Below, piece by piece: positions 63,073-64,000 of a stretch of DNA of 64,000 bases (the stretch's first letter is position 1; each line of letters opens with the position of its first letter). Where the stretch lies: the NCBI RefSeq assembly GCF_006345805.1, contig NC_043007.1:61690001-61754000 (forward strand), in the 5' to 3' direction. The translations under genes were made by a program, and so were the position numbers. Source of the DNA: Octopus sinensis. Its lineage: Eukaryota. The notes below the pieces were generated by a model, which was not told the origin of the DNA, ran no database searches, and was given only the letters and a program-made list of their open reading frames with translations.

Positions 63073-63540
63073 GAAAGAAACCAAATACATCAATAAGACA
63101 TCTTAAGAGAATGTGATGACTGCATATATGATGAAGGGAACGCTATCAAGTTTTTTAAAAAAACTGTTAGTAGATATAACATCAATGTAGTATACAGAAA
63201 GAGAAGGAAGAGAAAGAAAGAAATTAGCAGAAAACTAATAGAGCGATAGGTGAAATAGAATAAAGCTTAAAGTTATGGAAGTAGATATATTTAATGGAAG
63301 TGAACTGTAAGAAGACAGTCAAAGGTCGAATTTTATAGAATGGTAGAAATCACTTATAGGAACTAAAGGTATGTTTCTGCCAATGTTTGCAACAATAAAC
63401 ACATTCTATAAATGTGTTTACAAGGGGATTCTCTGAGAACAGGATAAAGTACATTTCACTGTTACAAAGCAAACAAAAAGATTTACCTTTATCATACATA
63501 TGATATTGATAACATATGTATGATATTGACAACATGTGCT
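62985..63540 (-). mobile_element. Penelope-like element 3' remnant: GIY-YIG C-terminus followed by an HHR
   Basis: ORF 63350-63535 contains YDKGKSFCLLCNSEMYFILFSENPLVNTFIECVYCCKHWQKH, matching the C.LC..E...I..L.N...E....C.H..K tail of PLE endonucleases. The HHR lies downstream in the same sense. Confidence 0.7.
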
Positions 63541-64000
63541 ATTTTGTCATGCATAAAATGACAGCTTCCAAATCTTGTTTCCTGACTGGGTGAAAATGAT
63601 CAAACTTTAAACCTCTATAACTTTTTAAAAACATTTTTTTTTAAATAAATGAAACAACTCCAGCAATTTAGTTTGGGCAAGTGTATTATTGTACCAACGT
63701 TGGAATAACCAGTGAACATCGAAGGACCAACACCAAGAAGGAATAAATATTATATACATATGTTTATTCATTTGCCCGCCAGGTAGTTAGAGACAGTAGT
63801 ACTTGTAGTGATAGTGAAATTTTTCTCAATAGTGACAAAAAGGTTGCTGTCTGCCAGTAGAAAGGAAGAGTAAGGAATGCATGGTGCTGACTAGAAAGAA
63901 GAAAGGATAAAGTGGCTCTGCTCTGATTGGCTGTATGCAAATGATTTAATTACTGGGGTCCGGAACTCTCGTGGGAAAAAAAATTTTGTGACCTGGCAAG

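Overview
AT-rich, microsatellite-dense eukaryotic DNA. The SINE, RTE and MITE families look like Octopus; this is an inference from recalled repeat families, not a search. One host gene runs across the window on the + strand: a CFAP92 (KIAA1257/DUF4550-type) homologue. I could chain 14 GT-AG coding exons with consistent phases from 3157 to 61896 (1957 nt, about 652 codons), and the gene continues past the right edge. The introns are filled with tRNA-derived SINEs, RTE, R4/Dong and CR1-like LINE relics, Tc1/mariner, pogo and piggyBac elements, and a probable Helitron. The most notable signal is a set of sequence-unrelated elements carrying minimal type-I hammerhead ribozyme (HHR) motifs with palindromic stem III, the form known from Penelope-like elements (PLEs) and metazoan retrozymes. 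Four are inverted pairs with the ribozyme sense pointing outward (802-1090, 10772-11574, 28864-29384 with its duplicate 30092-30612, and 31662-32358). One HHR lies directly downstream of a PLE GIY-YIG C-terminus. The cores show apparent covariation at the 3-8 tertiary pair (C3-G8, G3-C8, U3-A8). All structures and coordinates were read by eye, and no folding, alignment or database search was run.
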